A DNA stretch of 64,000 bases, from contig CAYJVR010000002.1 of assembly GCA_964373715.1 (NCBI GenBank), forward strand, positions 5,714-69,713, in the 5' to 3' direction. This document shows positions 35,658 through 45,972 of this stretch, piece by piece. Numbering within the stretch: position 1 is the stretch's first letter; each line of letters begins with the position of its first letter. The notes beneath the pieces are model-generated. The model made no database searches. It was not told the DNA's origin and worked only from the letters and a program-made list of their open reading frames with translations. The translations under genes were made by a program, and so were the position numbers. The DNA comes from an uncultured Planctomycetia bacterium (GTDB lineage Bacteria; Omnitrophota; Gorgyraeia; 1-14-0-20-64-10).

Positions 35658-36310
35658 CAATGACGGACTCGGCACCGCTGAAATCGGAACAGCAGAAGAC
35701 ATTGGGCTCCGCGAGGAGGAGGTACGGCCTTCTGGCGAAAGCCCTGTTTCTCTCGATGGACCTTTTTTACGGGCGCCGGCGTACCCTCTCCAAGTTCAAA
35801 GTGCTGGAGGTGATCGCCCGGGTCCCTTACCAATCGTGGGAGCATGTGGCCTACATCGCGATGACCCACACCTACGGCCGGCCCCACTTCGCCCGGCGGA
35901 TATTCGAGTTCATCAAAGAGTCCCGCCTCCAGCAGGACAACGAGCAGTGGCACCTGCTGATCCTCGAGGAGATGGTCCAGGCGAAGGGGATCAGGGAGAA
36001 ATTTTTCCTCCACAGGATTGCGCCGCAGATCGTCGCTTTCTTTTATTACCATGTGAGCTGGCTGCTTTACGTGATCAAGCCGGCCTGGAGCTACGGCCTG
36101 AACGCCGATTTTGAGGATCACGCCGAACATGAGTATATGGAGTTTGTCAGGGAGAACCCCGGTTTCGAAAAGGCACTGTTCGAAAGCGATTTTAAGGCGG
36201 AGTACGGCGATTTCGCGAACCTTGCCGACCTGTTCCGGCGCATCGGTCTCGATGAGCGTTTGCATAAAGAGGAAAGCCTGAATCGGATCGAAAAAGCCCG
36301 TTTTTCTTAA
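35654..36310 (+). CDS. Alternative-oxidase-like di-iron carboxylate protein (AOX/PTOX family)
   Basis: Four helices carrying E / ExxH ligands in AOX order: LEVIARV (cf. LETVA), NEQWHL (cf. NERMHL), EDHAEHE, DERLHKEE (cf. RADEAHH); ATG overlaps the msrB stop (ATGA). Confidence 0.55.
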   Translation: MTMTDSAPLKSEQQKTLGSARRRYGLLAKALFLSMDLFYGRRRTLSKFKVLEVIARVPYQSWEHVAYIAMTHTYGRPHFARRIFEFIKESRLQQDNEQWHLLILEEMVQAKGIREKFFLHRIAPQIVAFFYYHVSWLLYVIKPAWSYGLNADFEDHAEHEYMEFVRENPGFEKALFESDFKAEYGDFANLADLFRRIGLDERLHKEESLNRIEKARFS

Positions 36311-36324
36311 CGGCAGAGGACAAC

Positions 36325-37740
36325 ATGGACCAACAGAAGAGCTCCACATTCCTGGAAAGCGTCAACCGGATGATGGACAAGGCGGCCTCGCTGCTTACGC
36401 TGCCGCAGGGACTGGCCGAGCAGATCAAGGTCTGCAATTCGGTCTATCAGGTCTCCTTTCCGGTGAAGTTCGGGGACGGCTACAAGATATTTAAGGGCTG
36501 GAGGGCCGTTCACAGCGAGCACCGCTTGCCGGCGAAGGGGGGAATCCGCTATTCTCCGGACGTCAGCCAGGAGGAGATCGAGGCGATGGCCGCGCTGATG
36601 ACGTTCAAGTGCGCCATTGTGAGCCTCCCGTTCGGCGGTTCGAAAGGGGGTTTGTGCATCAACCCGAAGGAGTTCACCGAGGAGGAGCTGGAGCAGATCA
36701 CCCGCCGGTTCGTGCAGGAGCTGGCGAAAAAAGGGTACATCGGCCCGAGCATCAACGTGCCGGCCCCTGATGTTGGGACATCCGCCCGGGAGATGGCTTG
36801 GATTGCCGACGAGTACAAGAGCTTGTATCCCTACGATGTGAACGCGCTGGCCTGCGTCACCGGAAAACCGGTCTCCCAGGGAGGCATCCCGGGCCGTGAA
36901 GAGGCGACCGGGCGCGGCGTTCAGTACGGCCTGAGAGAATTCTTCCGCCATCCCGAGGATGTTCAGCGGGCCGGCCTGAAGGGGGGGCTGGAAGGCAAGC
37001 GGGTTGTGATTCAAGGGCTGGGGAAGGTCGGCTACCCGGCGGCCAAATTCCTTTCGGAAGAGGACGGGGTGAGGGTGATTGCTGTGATCGAGCGGGACGG
37101 CGCTGTTGTTTCGGAAAGCGGGATTCCGATCCAGCAGGTTTACGCCTACAAGCGTGAGCAAGGGAAGCTGGCCGGTTTCCCGGGGGCCAGGTTTCTCCCG
37201 GACGGCAAGTCGGCGTTGGAGATGGAGTGCGATATTTTGATCCCGGCTGCCATGGAGGAGCAGATCACCTCTGCCAACGCCCACCGCATCAAGGCCCGTC
37301 TGGTTGCCGAGGCGGCCAACGGTCCCGTAACCTACGAGGCGGACGAAATCCTCCGTTCCAAGGGCATCGTCATGCTTCCGGACATTTATCTCAACGCGGG
37401 CGGGGTGACTGTTTCCTATTTTGAATGGGTGAAAAATATTTCCCACATCGGGTTTGGCCGCCTGGAGCGGCGCTTTGACGAGACGCGCGGGATGAATATC
37501 ATACAGGCGATTGAATCGGCAACCGGGAAACCGATTGAAAACCGCCTGCGTCAGCAGATCATCCACGGCGCCGATGAGCTGGACCTGGTCCGCTCCGGCC
37601 TGGACGACACGATGCGGTTGGCCTACCAGGAGATCCGAGAGAGGATGTTTTCTCATAAAGGGATCGGCGATTTGAGAACAGCAGCTTTTGTCATCGGTCT
37701 TGAGAAGGTCGCTCGCGCCTACATGGAAATGGGAAACTAA
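36325..37740 (+). CDS. Glutamate dehydrogenase (Glu/Leu/Phe/Val dehydrogenase family)
   Basis: Catalytic motif LPFGGSKGG; dinucleotide-binding GLGKVG; 471 aa. Confidence 0.85.
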   Translation: MDQQKSSTFLESVNRMMDKAASLLTLPQGLAEQIKVCNSVYQVSFPVKFGDGYKIFKGWRAVHSEHRLPAKGGIRYSPDVSQEEIEAMAALMTFKCAIVSLPFGGSKGGLCINPKEFTEEELEQITRRFVQELAKKGYIGPSINVPAPDVGTSAREMAWIADEYKSLYPYDVNALACVTGKPVSQGGIPGREEATGRGVQYGLREFFRHPEDVQRAGLKGGLEGKRVVIQGLGKVGYPAAKFLSEEDGVRVIAVIERDGAVVSESGIPIQQVYAYKREQGKLAGFPGARFLPDGKSALEMECDILIPAAMEEQITSANAHRIKARLVAEAANGPVTYEADEILRSKGIVMLPDIYLNAGGVTVSYFEWVKNISHIGFGRLERRFDETRGMNIIQAIESATGKPIENRLRQQIIHGADELDLVRSGLDDTMRLAYQEIRERMFSHKGIGDLRTAAFVIGLEKVARAYMEMGN

Positions 37741-37743
37741 GAA

Positions 37744-38787
37744 ATGCCTTGGACCAGGCGCTTAAAGGTCGGCCTGCTGTTCGGCCGGGTTTTTTGGGGA
37801 GGCGGGTTTGCCGTTGCGTTGACGGCTGGCCTTTGGGTGGTTGGAGATTGCGGCGGCGCGTGGCGGGCATGGGTTTCTGCGCGGGAGAACAAGCAGGTGA
37901 TTCAGCCCAAAGAGATTGAAACAGCGCCGCTTCGTTTGGTCCGTTTGAGGGAGAGGCTGTGGATGGCCTATGTGTATCAACTGCATGGCCAAACAGAGAA
38001 TGCCCGGCAGCTTTATCAGGAACTCGTGAAAGAGGGGTGGGACCTCGAAGAGATCTCGGTGGCGAAAGATCTTCTGTCCGGGTTGAAAGAGGATGGTCCT
38101 CAGGAAGGGGTGAAGGTGAACGCCCCGGATTGGAAGGCCGCGGCCCGTCCTTTGCCGGAGGCAGGCGGACGGAACCCTCCAATTCCTGCCGTGCAAACCC
38201 CTGCTGTTTCGGCCCAGCGGGGCTTGCCGAAGGCCCCTTCCCACCCGGGTGTGTTGCCCCCCGCCATGCCGCCGGGATCTGCGCCGGATGTTCCATTGCC
38301 GGTCGCTTCTCAGAAGATACCGGCGATCGGCTGGCTCGAGAACGCGGTGCCCCGCTTTGTCGAGTTCACATCGGAGCGGTTGGCGGTGCATATGAAGATG
38401 GCGGGCGTGGAAAGGCTCAGCCGGATCTATACGGCCCGGGATTTTTATCTCATGGTGGTCAAGGTGATTGAAGATCAATCGGCAGGATATATTTCCGATG
38501 CCGAGACGGAGATTCACCCGGATGGGATTGTGGTAAACAGGACCGTTCTTTTAAGCCGGGATTTTGCCGTGAAGGTTGCTTCTCGCGTTGGAATCCAGGC
38601 TGTGGATGACAGGCCCCGCGTGGCGATTGAAGAGATCCGTGTGGACGGAATAGAGGTTCCTGAAGAGATGCGCGAACTTCTGGAGATCCGGGTGAATCAA
38701 TGGATTGAGCGGCAAAGAGTCCCGCTTAAGTTCAAAGATGTCCAGCTCAGAGAAGGCAGCGCCTGGATTTCCGCGGAACTGGCCTGA
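37744..38787 (+). CDS. Hypothetical membrane-anchored protein
   Basis: N-terminal TM (VGLLFGRVFWGGGFAVALTAGLWVV); Pro-rich linker; ~170-aa C-terminal domain; no recognised motif. Confidence 0.4.
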   Translation: MPWTRRLKVGLLFGRVFWGGGFAVALTAGLWVVGDCGGAWRAWVSARENKQVIQPKEIETAPLRLVRLRERLWMAYVYQLHGQTENARQLYQELVKEGWDLEEISVAKDLLSGLKEDGPQEGVKVNAPDWKAAARPLPEAGGRNPPIPAVQTPAVSAQRGLPKAPSHPGVLPPAMPPGSAPDVPLPVASQKIPAIGWLENAVPRFVEFTSERLAVHMKMAGVERLSRIYTARDFYLMVVKVIEDQSAGYISDAETEIHPDGIVVNRTVLLSRDFAVKVASRVGIQAVDDRPRVAIEEIRVDGIEVPEEMRELLEIRVNQWIERQRVPLKFKDVQLREGSAWISAELA

Positions 38788-38827
38788 CCGTGAGCTTACC
38801 GGTCGTTTCCGCGCTACAATACCTCTC

Positions 38828-39796
38828 ATGGTGAAACTGAAGAACCTGGAGCTTCCCGACGTGGTGCAGTCCCCGATGGCCAACTGCACCGACCTTCCGT
38901 TCCGGCTGATCGCCCGGAAGTACGGGATGTCCTTCGCGTTCCTCGAGATGCTTTCTTCCGAGACCCTCGTGCGGAACAACCCCGCTACCGAGGAGAGGAT
39001 GCGGACAATCCCCGAAGACTGGCCTGTGGCGGCGCAAATCGTCGGATGCGACCCAGCGAAGATGGGAGAGTCGGCGGCCATCATCGAAGAGATGGGATTC
39101 GCGCTGGTGGATATGAACCTCGGCTGCCCCGTCCCGAAAATAGTCAGCAACGGCGGCGGCTCCCAGCTATTGAGGGAACCGGACACTGCCGGGAAGATAT
39201 TCAGGAGCGTCGTTCGTTCGGTCAAAAAGATTCCGGTGACGGTCAAGATGCGGCTGGGCTACACCGATCCCAGCGGCGAAGAGGCGATCCGGATCGCCAA
39301 GATAGCCCAGGATTCCGGCGTGGATGCGATCGCTGTGCATGGCCGTACTCGGGTGCAGGGATATTCCGGCACCGCCAATTATGAGGCGATCCGCCGGATC
39401 AAAGAGGCGGTGTCGATTCCGGTGATCGGCAACGGGGACGTGGTGGACGGGGCGAGCGCCGTGAAATTGAAGCAGGTTTCCGGGTGCGACGGGGTCATGC
39501 TGGGCCGCGGAGCTTTGGGGAACCCCTGGATCTACCGCCAGGTCGAGGCCGCGCTGAAAGGGGAACCCTCTTTGCCGGAACCGGGCATCGAGGAGAAGAA
39601 GAGGGTACTCCTCGAACACATCGAACTCCAGTGCAGGCACGACCGGGATCCGGTCGGCCCTCTGCGGCGGATTTGCTGCTGGTACTTTAAGGAGATCCCG
39701 GGCGTGGCCGCTTTCCGCGGCGCGGTCCACAGCGCCCAGACGGTGGAGCAGATTAAAGAGATCGTCCGGAACTCCTTCTGTTCCGACGGAGGCTGA
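38828..39796 (+). CDS. dus: tRNA-dihydrouridine synthase
   Basis: Dus-family TIM barrel: MANCTDLPFR, DMNLGCP catalytic Cys, HGRTR. ATG 38828; the track ORF starts upstream at 38705. Confidence 0.75.
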   Translation: MVKLKNLELPDVVQSPMANCTDLPFRLIARKYGMSFAFLEMLSSETLVRNNPATEERMRTIPEDWPVAAQIVGCDPAKMGESAAIIEEMGFALVDMNLGCPVPKIVSNGGGSQLLREPDTAGKIFRSVVRSVKKIPVTVKMRLGYTDPSGEEAIRIAKIAQDSGVDAIAVHGRTRVQGYSGTANYEAIRRIKEAVSIPVIGNGDVVDGASAVKLKQVSGCDGVMLGRGALGNPWIYRQVEAALKGEPSLPEPGIEEKKRVLLEHIELQCRHDRDPVGPLRRICCWYFKEIPGVAAFRGAVHSAQTVEQIKEIVRNSFCSDGG

Positions 39797-39887
39797 CCGG
39801 CGCATGAACAAGAGGTTTTCGCCAGTTGCCGGAAGGGGTTAAAGAGGGGGTCTTGTCTTTTTCGTCCCTGCTTGCCACAATGGAGGC

Positions 39888-41462
39888 GTGAGAGAGATAT
39901 TCCCCCAAGGGGTCAAAATCACCGGCCGGCTCACCGAAGAACAGGCCTCCATCCTCACTCCCGAAGCGGTTTTTTTCGTCGCCGCTCTCGCCAGAAAATT
40001 CAATCAACGCCGGGTTAATCTGCTTCGGCAGAGGGAGATCCGCCAGCGGGAGCTGGATGCCGGCCTGTTCCCCGATTTCCTCAACGGCACGCAGGCGATC
40101 CGGGACCAGGACTGGGTTGTGGCCCCCATACCGGAAGATCTTCAGGAACGCAAGGTGGAGATCACCGGTCCGGTGGACCGGAAGATGATCATCAACGCAC
40201 TGAATTCCGGCGCGAGCGTTTTTATGGCCGATTTTGAGGATTCCCACACGCCGACATGGGACAACAACCTCACCGGCCAAGCCAACCTCCGGGATGCCGT
40301 CAACCGGACGATCTCCCACGAAAGCCCCGAAGGGAAGCGCTACGAGCTGAACGATAAGACCGCCGTTTTGATGGTCCGCCCTCGCGGCTGGCACCTCAGC
40401 GAAAAACATATGTTTGTGGACGGTGCGCCGGTCTCCGGCTCCCTGTTCGATTTCGGCCTCTTCTTTTTCCACAACGCGCAAGAGCTGATCCGTCGGGGAA
40501 CTGGCCCCTACTTTTACCTGCCGAAGATGGAGAGCCATCTCGAGGCCCGCCTGTGGAACGACGTTTTCAATGAAGCGCAGGATCTGCTCAAGATCCCTCG
40601 CGGGACTATACGGGCGACTGTTTTGATCGAGACGATCCCGGCGGCGTTCGAAATGGACGAGATTCTCTACGAATTGAAAGAGCATTCGGCGGGTCTCAAT
40701 TGCGGCCGGTGGGATTACATCTTCAGCGTGATCAAGAAATTCAGGAACCACGCCGCTTTTGTTTTCCCCGACCGGGCCCAGGTTACGATGGACAAGCCGT
40801 TCTTGAAGGCCTATGTGGATCTGCTGATCAAGACATGCCACCGCCGGCGGATTCATGCGATGGGAGGAATGGCGGCGCAGATCCCGATCAAATCGGACCC
40901 TCAGGCGAACGAATGGGCGCTCGAGAAGGTACGAGCCGATAAATTGCGCGAGGTGAAGGCCGGCCATGACGGGACCTGGGTGGCCCATCCGGGCTTGGTT
41001 CCGGTGGCGATGGAGATTTTCAACCGGCATATGAAGGGGCCGAATCAGCTCGATGTGAGAAGGGATGAGGTTCGCGTGATCCCGAAGGATCTGCTGTCGG
41101 TTCCGTCCGGCGAGATGACCGAGGCGGGTTTGAGGGTCAATATCAACGTCGGGGTCCGGTACCTGGAGTCCTGGCTGAGGGGGGTCGGATGCGTCCCTCT
41201 GAATTATCTGATGGAGGACGCGGCGACGGCCGAGATCTCCAGGTCCCAAATCTGGCAGTGGATCCGCCATAAGACGAAGCTGTCCGACGGAACGCTGGTC
41301 AGCCGGGAGTTGGTCGCCCGGATCATGCAGGAGGAGTTGGTTTCCATCCAGAAAACGGAGGGGAACCGGCTTGCGGAAGCAGCGGAACTGTTTGTCCGGA
41401 TGATGACGGCGCCGGAGATTCCGGAGTTCCTGACTCTGGCCGCCTACGAGTTGATTGACTGA
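39888..41462 (+). CDS. aceB: Malate synthase A
   Basis: ~524 aa; conserved blocks [13 protein letters not shown], catalytic-Asp region ...[12 protein letters not shown]...; GTG start. Confidence 0.85.
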   Translation: MREIFPQGVKITGRLTEEQASILTPEAVFFVAALARKFNQRRVNLLRQREIRQRELDAGLFPDFLNGTQAIRDQDWVVAPIPEDLQERKVEITGPVDRKMIINALNSGASVFMADFEDSHTPTWDNNLTGQANLRDAVNRTISHESPEGKRYELNDKTAVLMVRPRGWHLSEKHMFVDGAPVSGSLFDFGLFFFHNAQELIRRGTGPYFYLPKMESHLEARLWNDVFNEAQDLLKIPRGTIRATVLIETIPAAFEMDEILYELKEHSAGLNCGRWDYIFSVIKKFRNHAAFVFPDRAQVTMDKPFLKAYVDLLIKTCHRRRIHAMGGMAAQIPIKSDPQANEWALEKVRADKLREVKAGHDGTWVAHPGLVPVAMEIFNRHMKGPNQLDVRRDEVRVIPKDLLSVPSGEMTEAGLRVNINVGVRYLESWLRGVGCVPLNYLMEDAATAEISRSQIWQWIRHKTKLSDGTLVSRELVARIMQEELVSIQKTEGNRLAEAAELFVRMMTAPEIPEFLTLAAYELID

Positions 41463-41488
41463 ATAATTCCCAACAAGGAGCCTGACAG

Positions 41489-42817
41489 GTGGAAAAAAGC
41501 GAATTTGTCGCCAAGGTGTCCGCAGAGTGGAAAGGGTCGCTGCGCTGGAAAGGGATATGCCGTCCCTATTCGGCCGAGGACGTTTATAAGCTCAAAGGGA
41601 CCGTCTACCGGGAATACTCGCTTGCCAGGCTGGGCGCCAAGCGCTTATGGAAGCTGCTCAACGAAGAGCCGTACGTTCATGCGTTAAGCGCTGTGACCGG
41701 CAACCAGGCGATCCAGCAGGTCAGGGCCGGCCTGAAGGCGGTCTACGTCAGCGGCTGGCAGGTGGCCGCCGACATGAACAACGCGTTGAAGATGTACCCT
41801 GACCAGAGCCTGTATCCCTCCGACAGCGTTCCGTTCCTGATCAAGAGGATCAACAACTCCCTGCTGCGTGCCGACCAGATACATCATCTGAAAGGGGACA
41901 AGAGCATTTACTGGATGGCGCCGCTGGTGGCTGACGCCGAGGCCGGGTTCGGGGGCCCTTTGCAGACCTTCGAGATCATGAAATACATGATTGAGGAGGG
42001 GGTTGCGGGCGTCCATTTCGAGGACCAGCTGGCCTCGGTCAAGAAATGCGGCCATCTGGGCGGTAAAGTGCTTGTCCCGACCCGTGAGTTCATCGCAAAG
42101 CTGGTGGCGGCGAGGCTCGCGGCCGATGTCTGCGGGATTGACACTCTGCTGGTTGCCAGGACCGACGCCGACAGCGCCACGCTCTTGACGAGCGATGTGG
42201 ATCCCTACGATAGGCCGTTCATCTGCAGTAGGGAACGGACCCACGAAGGGTTCTACCAGGTCAAGGCCGGCCTCGATCAGGCGATCGCCCGGGCTTTGGC
42301 TTACGCCCCTTACGCCGATCTGCTCTGGTTTGAAACATCCAAGCCGAATCTTGATCAGGCTAGGATTTTCGCCGAGACAATCCGCAAAAAATACCCGGGC
42401 AAACTGCTGGCCTACAACTGCTCCCCCTCTTTCAACTGGAAACTCAATCTCAAGGATGATGTGATCGCCCGGTTCCAGCAGGAACTGGGGAAGATGGGCT
42501 ATAAGTTCCAGTTTGTCACCCTGTCGGCTTTCCACGTGCTCAACCACAGTATGTTCAAGCTGGCCAAGGGGTACAAGGCCAAAGGGATGGCCGCCTACTC
42601 AGAACTCCAGGAAGAGGAGTTCGCTTCCGAGAAACAGGACGGCTACGAGGCGATCAAGCACCAGGAATTCGTCGGTACCGGCTACTTCGATGTTGTGACC
42701 CAGGTAGCGATGCAGGGGCTCTCGGCAACGCTCGGCCTGGACGGCTCCACGGAAACGGAGCAGTTCGGTTCCTGCACCGAGAAGAAGAACGATTCCGCCA
42801 GGAAGAAAAAACGCTGA
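41489..42817 (+). CDS. aceA: Isocitrate lyase
   Basis: Signature [14 protein letters not shown]; SGWQ; 442 aa; GTG start; immediately after aceB. Confidence 0.9.
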   Translation: MEKSEFVAKVSAEWKGSLRWKGICRPYSAEDVYKLKGTVYREYSLARLGAKRLWKLLNEEPYVHALSAVTGNQAIQQVRAGLKAVYVSGWQVAADMNNALKMYPDQSLYPSDSVPFLIKRINNSLLRADQIHHLKGDKSIYWMAPLVADAEAGFGGPLQTFEIMKYMIEEGVAGVHFEDQLASVKKCGHLGGKVLVPTREFIAKLVAARLAADVCGIDTLLVARTDADSATLLTSDVDPYDRPFICSRERTHEGFYQVKAGLDQAIARALAYAPYADLLWFETSKPNLDQARIFAETIRKKYPGKLLAYNCSPSFNWKLNLKDDVIARFQQELGKMGYKFQFVTLSAFHVLNHSMFKLAKGYKAKGMAAYSELQEEEFASEKQDGYEAIKHQEFVGTGYFDVVTQVAMQGLSATLGLDGSTETEQFGSCTEKKNDSARKKKR

Positions 42818-42823
42818 GCCGAT

Positions 42824-44239
42824 ATGATTTCCGCATGGCATAGAACGAAAATTATTTGCACGCTGGGCCCTGCCACCGACAAGCCGGAAATGCTTGAACA
42901 GATGATCCTCCGGGGAATGGATGTGGCCCGGATCAATACCGCCCACGGCAGCCGGGAGTCGCATGCCAAGCAGATCCGGCTTGTCCGGGAGGCGGCCGCG
43001 GCATGCGGCGAGCCGGTGGCGGTTTTAGTGGATTTACCGGGGCCAAAATTCCGGGTCGGCGATCTGAAGGAGCCGTTTGCCGAGCTGCGTTCAGGGACCC
43101 GGGTTATCCTCGGCGAAAAGGCAGCGCAGGAGAAGGTGATCCCCTTGAGCCACCCCCACCTGATCCGGGAGCTGCGCGTCGGAGAAGCGGTCTATCTGGC
43201 GGATGGTTCGGTCCGGCTTCAGGTAGTCGAGACCGGTACCGACTACGCGGTTTGCCAGGTGGAGATCGGCGGGGTGATCCGCTCCGGTGCCGGAATCAAT
43301 GTTCCGCAGTCCCAGCTTTCCACCGAGATCCCGACTGAAGAGGATGTGGAACAGATCGTTTTCGCGCTCGAGCAGAAGGCCGATTGGCTCGGCGTTTCCT
43401 TCGTGAGGACCGCGGAGGACATCCGCCGCCTTCGTGCGCATCTGCCGGCGGAACGGTCTCCCAAGGTGATGGCGAAGATCGAGAAACAGCAGGCGGTGGC
43501 CGAGCTGGAGGCGATCATTTACGCAGCCGATGGAGTGATGGTGGCCCGGGGAGACTTGGGGGTGGAAACCGAGCTGGCAGAGGTGCCGCTTCTTCAGAAG
43601 AAGATTGTTCGGCTGGCCAACGAGCTTGGCCGCCCGGTGGTGGTGGCGACCCAGATGCTGGAGTCCATGATCAATCACGGCCAGCCCACCCGGGCCGAGG
43701 TGACCGACGTGGCGAATGCCCTGCTGGATGGAGCGGACGGTGTGATGCTCTCCGGAGAAACCGCGGTCGGGCGGTTTCCTCTTCAGGCGGTCGAGATGCT
43801 TGGCAAGGTGGTGACGGCGACCGAAAACAACTATCCTTACGGTGGCATCCTTCAGGAAGCCGCGCAGCGGCTGTCGAGTTCTTCCGAGGAGGCGATGAGC
43901 CTTGTGGCGTGCCGGCTTTCACAGGAGCTTGGCGCCAAGGCGATCGTCACCCCTGTTTCGAGGATGCAGACGGCACTACGGATCTCCCGGTTCCGGCCGA
44001 AGGCTCCGATTTTGGCGGTCTCCAAGTCTGAAGCTCTCTGCAGGCAGTTGGCCGCGGCTTGGGGTGTGGCGCCCATTTTCAGTGCTGCAATTGACCGTAC
44101 GGAGCTGTGTGTGGCAAAGGCCAAGGAATGGCTTGTCCAGAGGCAGATGGCGGCCCCCGGCGATCCGGTAGTCGTTCTCTCCGCTTCCGATCCTTCCGGC
44201 GGGCATTTGAGCGACACCGTCGAGATCGTCCGCCTGTAA
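42824..44239 (+). CDS. pyk: Pyruvate kinase
   Basis: N-terminus TKIICTLGPA; MVARGDLGVE active-site stretch; 471 aa. Confidence 0.9.
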   Translation: MISAWHRTKIICTLGPATDKPEMLEQMILRGMDVARINTAHGSRESHAKQIRLVREAAAACGEPVAVLVDLPGPKFRVGDLKEPFAELRSGTRVILGEKAAQEKVIPLSHPHLIRELRVGEAVYLADGSVRLQVVETGTDYAVCQVEIGGVIRSGAGINVPQSQLSTEIPTEEDVEQIVFALEQKADWLGVSFVRTAEDIRRLRAHLPAERSPKVMAKIEKQQAVAELEAIIYAADGVMVARGDLGVETELAEVPLLQKKIVRLANELGRPVVVATQMLESMINHGQPTRAEVTDVANALLDGADGVMLSGETAVGRFPLQAVEMLGKVVTATENNYPYGGILQEAAQRLSSSSEEAMSLVACRLSQELGAKAIVTPVSRMQTALRISRFRPKAPILAVSKSEALCRQLAAAWGVAPIFSAAIDRTELCVAKAKEWLVQRQMAAPGDPVVVLSASDPSGGHLSDTVEIVRL

Positions 44240-44253
44240 AAAGCTGTTTCCCC

Positions 44254-44272
44254 GCCTGCCGGAGAGGCAGGC
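44254..44272 (+). terminator. Stem-loop GCCTGCC-ggaga-GGCAGGC just after pyk (terminator-like, but no U-tract)
   Basis: Perfect 7-bp inverted repeat 15 nt after the pyk stop, followed by a T-poor sequence; function uncertain. Confidence 0.3.
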
Positions 44273-44329
44273 TTCCGCCGTCCGAAAAGAGGGTTTTCCT
44301 CTCTTAGTCGAGATACAATATCCCCTGCA

Positions 44330-45193
44330 ATGGTGAGAAATGTTTTGTTGGTTGTGAAGAAGTCGTCGCGGTCGGCCATCTCCGCCGGTTGGAGGAACTG
44401 GGTGTCTTTCAGGCGGCCCGCGTGGGTCCAGGCGGATATGCGCAGGCAGAGGGATGCCCAGCAAGCGCACCGGGAAACGCTTGCCTGCGTCGAGCGGCTT
44501 CTGCGCGAGAGGCAGGTTCCGTATAGGCTCATTGAGCGGACCGTGAACCTCGATATGGCTGCGTATGATTTGGTGATATCGGTTGGAGGGGACGGGACCT
44601 TTATGGAGGCCGCCCGCTGTGTCCGGAGCCAGCTTCTCTGGGGGATAAATTCCGATCCCGAACGCAGCGTCGGTAGTTTCTGCTCGGCCACCCGGCTTTC
44701 TTTCGGGCTGATTCTGGAGAAGCTGCTTCGCGCGCAGGCGAAGATACAGGAGCTTCAGCGGATCCAGATGACGCTCAACGGCAAACCCTTTGATCTTTTG
44801 ATTATGAACGATCTTTTGGTGACGCACAGTAAACCGGCGGCAACGAGCCGTTATTGGCTTAAAATAGGCCGAAGGCAGGAGGACCACCGTTCTTCCGGGT
44901 TATGGATCGCGACGGCGGCCGGGTCCACCGGGGCGATCCGTTCCGCTGGAGGGAAAGCTCTTTCCCGCGTGTCCAGGCAGCTGCAGTACAGGCCGCGGGA
45001 ACTGTACCGGAGGAGAGGGGTGGATTACAAGCTTAACGGGGGGGTTATCGAGCCTAGGGCGCGTCTCGAGGTTGGGTCCCTCATGAGGGAAGGTTTGATT
45101 TGCGCGGATGGGGAGCATGTGACGGTCCCGTTTCGCTACGGCGATCATTTGGCTGTTTCATTGTCCCCGTACCCGGTTCGGGTGGTCGGTTAG
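44330..45193 (+). CDS. nadK: NAD(+) kinase
   Basis: GGDGT motif, NDLLV, and a conserved C-terminal half (ATAAGSTGAIRSAGG). Confidence 0.8.
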   Translation: MVRNVLLVVKKSSRSAISAGWRNWVSFRRPAWVQADMRRQRDAQQAHRETLACVERLLRERQVPYRLIERTVNLDMAAYDLVISVGGDGTFMEAARCVRSQLLWGINSDPERSVGSFCSATRLSFGLILEKLLRAQAKIQELQRIQMTLNGKPFDLLIMNDLLVTHSKPAATSRYWLKIGRRQEDHRSSGLWIATAAGSTGAIRSAGGKALSRVSRQLQYRPRELYRRRGVDYKLNGGVIEPRARLEVGSLMREGLICADGEHVTVPFRYGDHLAVSLSPYPVRVVG

Positions 45194-45215
45194 GTTTTTA
45201 TCGGAGGCGAAACTC

Positions 45216-45959
45216 GTGATGCAGAACAGGGTGAAAACGACGGCGCAGCTTGTGGTTGAAATGGAAGAGGAGCGGGGACTGCCGTCCGATTTGGCTCCAA
45301 TGGAGGCGGCTCAGCAGCGGATTGAAATGGCGCTGCAGCGCTACGACAAGATGTCGCAGACGATCCTGGACAACACGACGGCTGTTATCTACGCGAAGGA
45401 CGAAAAGGGCAGGTATCTGCTGATCAACCGCTGGTTTGAAAAGCTTTTCCGCGTCACCAAGGAGCAGATGCTCGGGAAAACGGACCACGATTTTTTCCCG
45501 GAAACAATGGCGGATGCCTTCCGGGCGAATGACCGCCAAGTGGCGAAGATAGGCATGCCGATGGAATTCGAAGAGGTTGCCCCCCACGATGACGGAGACC
45601 ACACCTATATCTCCTTGAAATTCCCTCTGTTTGAAGCGGACGGGTCGATCTATTCCGTTTGCGGCATTTCGACCGATATCACGGAGCGCAAAAAAGCGGA
45701 ACAGGAATTCCGCCGGGCATGCCAGCAGTTTGAGATGAAGGTTCAGGCGAGGACCCGCGACCTCATCCGTGCGAACGCGGATCTCCAGCAGAAGGCGGCA
45801 CAGGACCGGGAGACGGAATCGGCGCTGCGCCACGAGATATGCAGGCTCCGCGAGAAAGAGCGGGAAATGGCGGAGAGCGGAAACCGGATAATAGAGTTGA
45901 TGCGCGAGGTCAACGCGCTTTGGTTGGAATCAGGCAAGGACGTCAAATACGGAGTCTAG
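45216..45959 (+). CDS. PAS-domain protein with C-terminal coiled coil (no output domain)
   Basis: PAS core (TAVIYAKDEKGRYLLINRWFEKLF...GISTDITERKKAE) followed by a helical region. Confidence 0.55.
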   Translation: MMQNRVKTTAQLVVEMEEERGLPSDLAPMEAAQQRIEMALQRYDKMSQTILDNTTAVIYAKDEKGRYLLINRWFEKLFRVTKEQMLGKTDHDFFPETMADAFRANDRQVAKIGMPMEFEEVAPHDDGDHTYISLKFPLFEADGSIYSVCGISTDITERKKAEQEFRRACQQFEMKVQARTRDLIRANADLQQKAAQDRETESALRHEICRLREKEREMAESGNRIIELMREVNALWLESGKDVKYGV

Positions 45960-45972
45960 AACGAGAGATCAC

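Noticed and set aside
39753-41270. 505-aa ORF on the minus strand inside the malate synthase gene
   Set aside because: It is antisense to a gene with unmistakable malate-synthase motifs. The product is Arg/Pro-rich low complexity, typical of spurious antisense ORFs in high-GC DNA.
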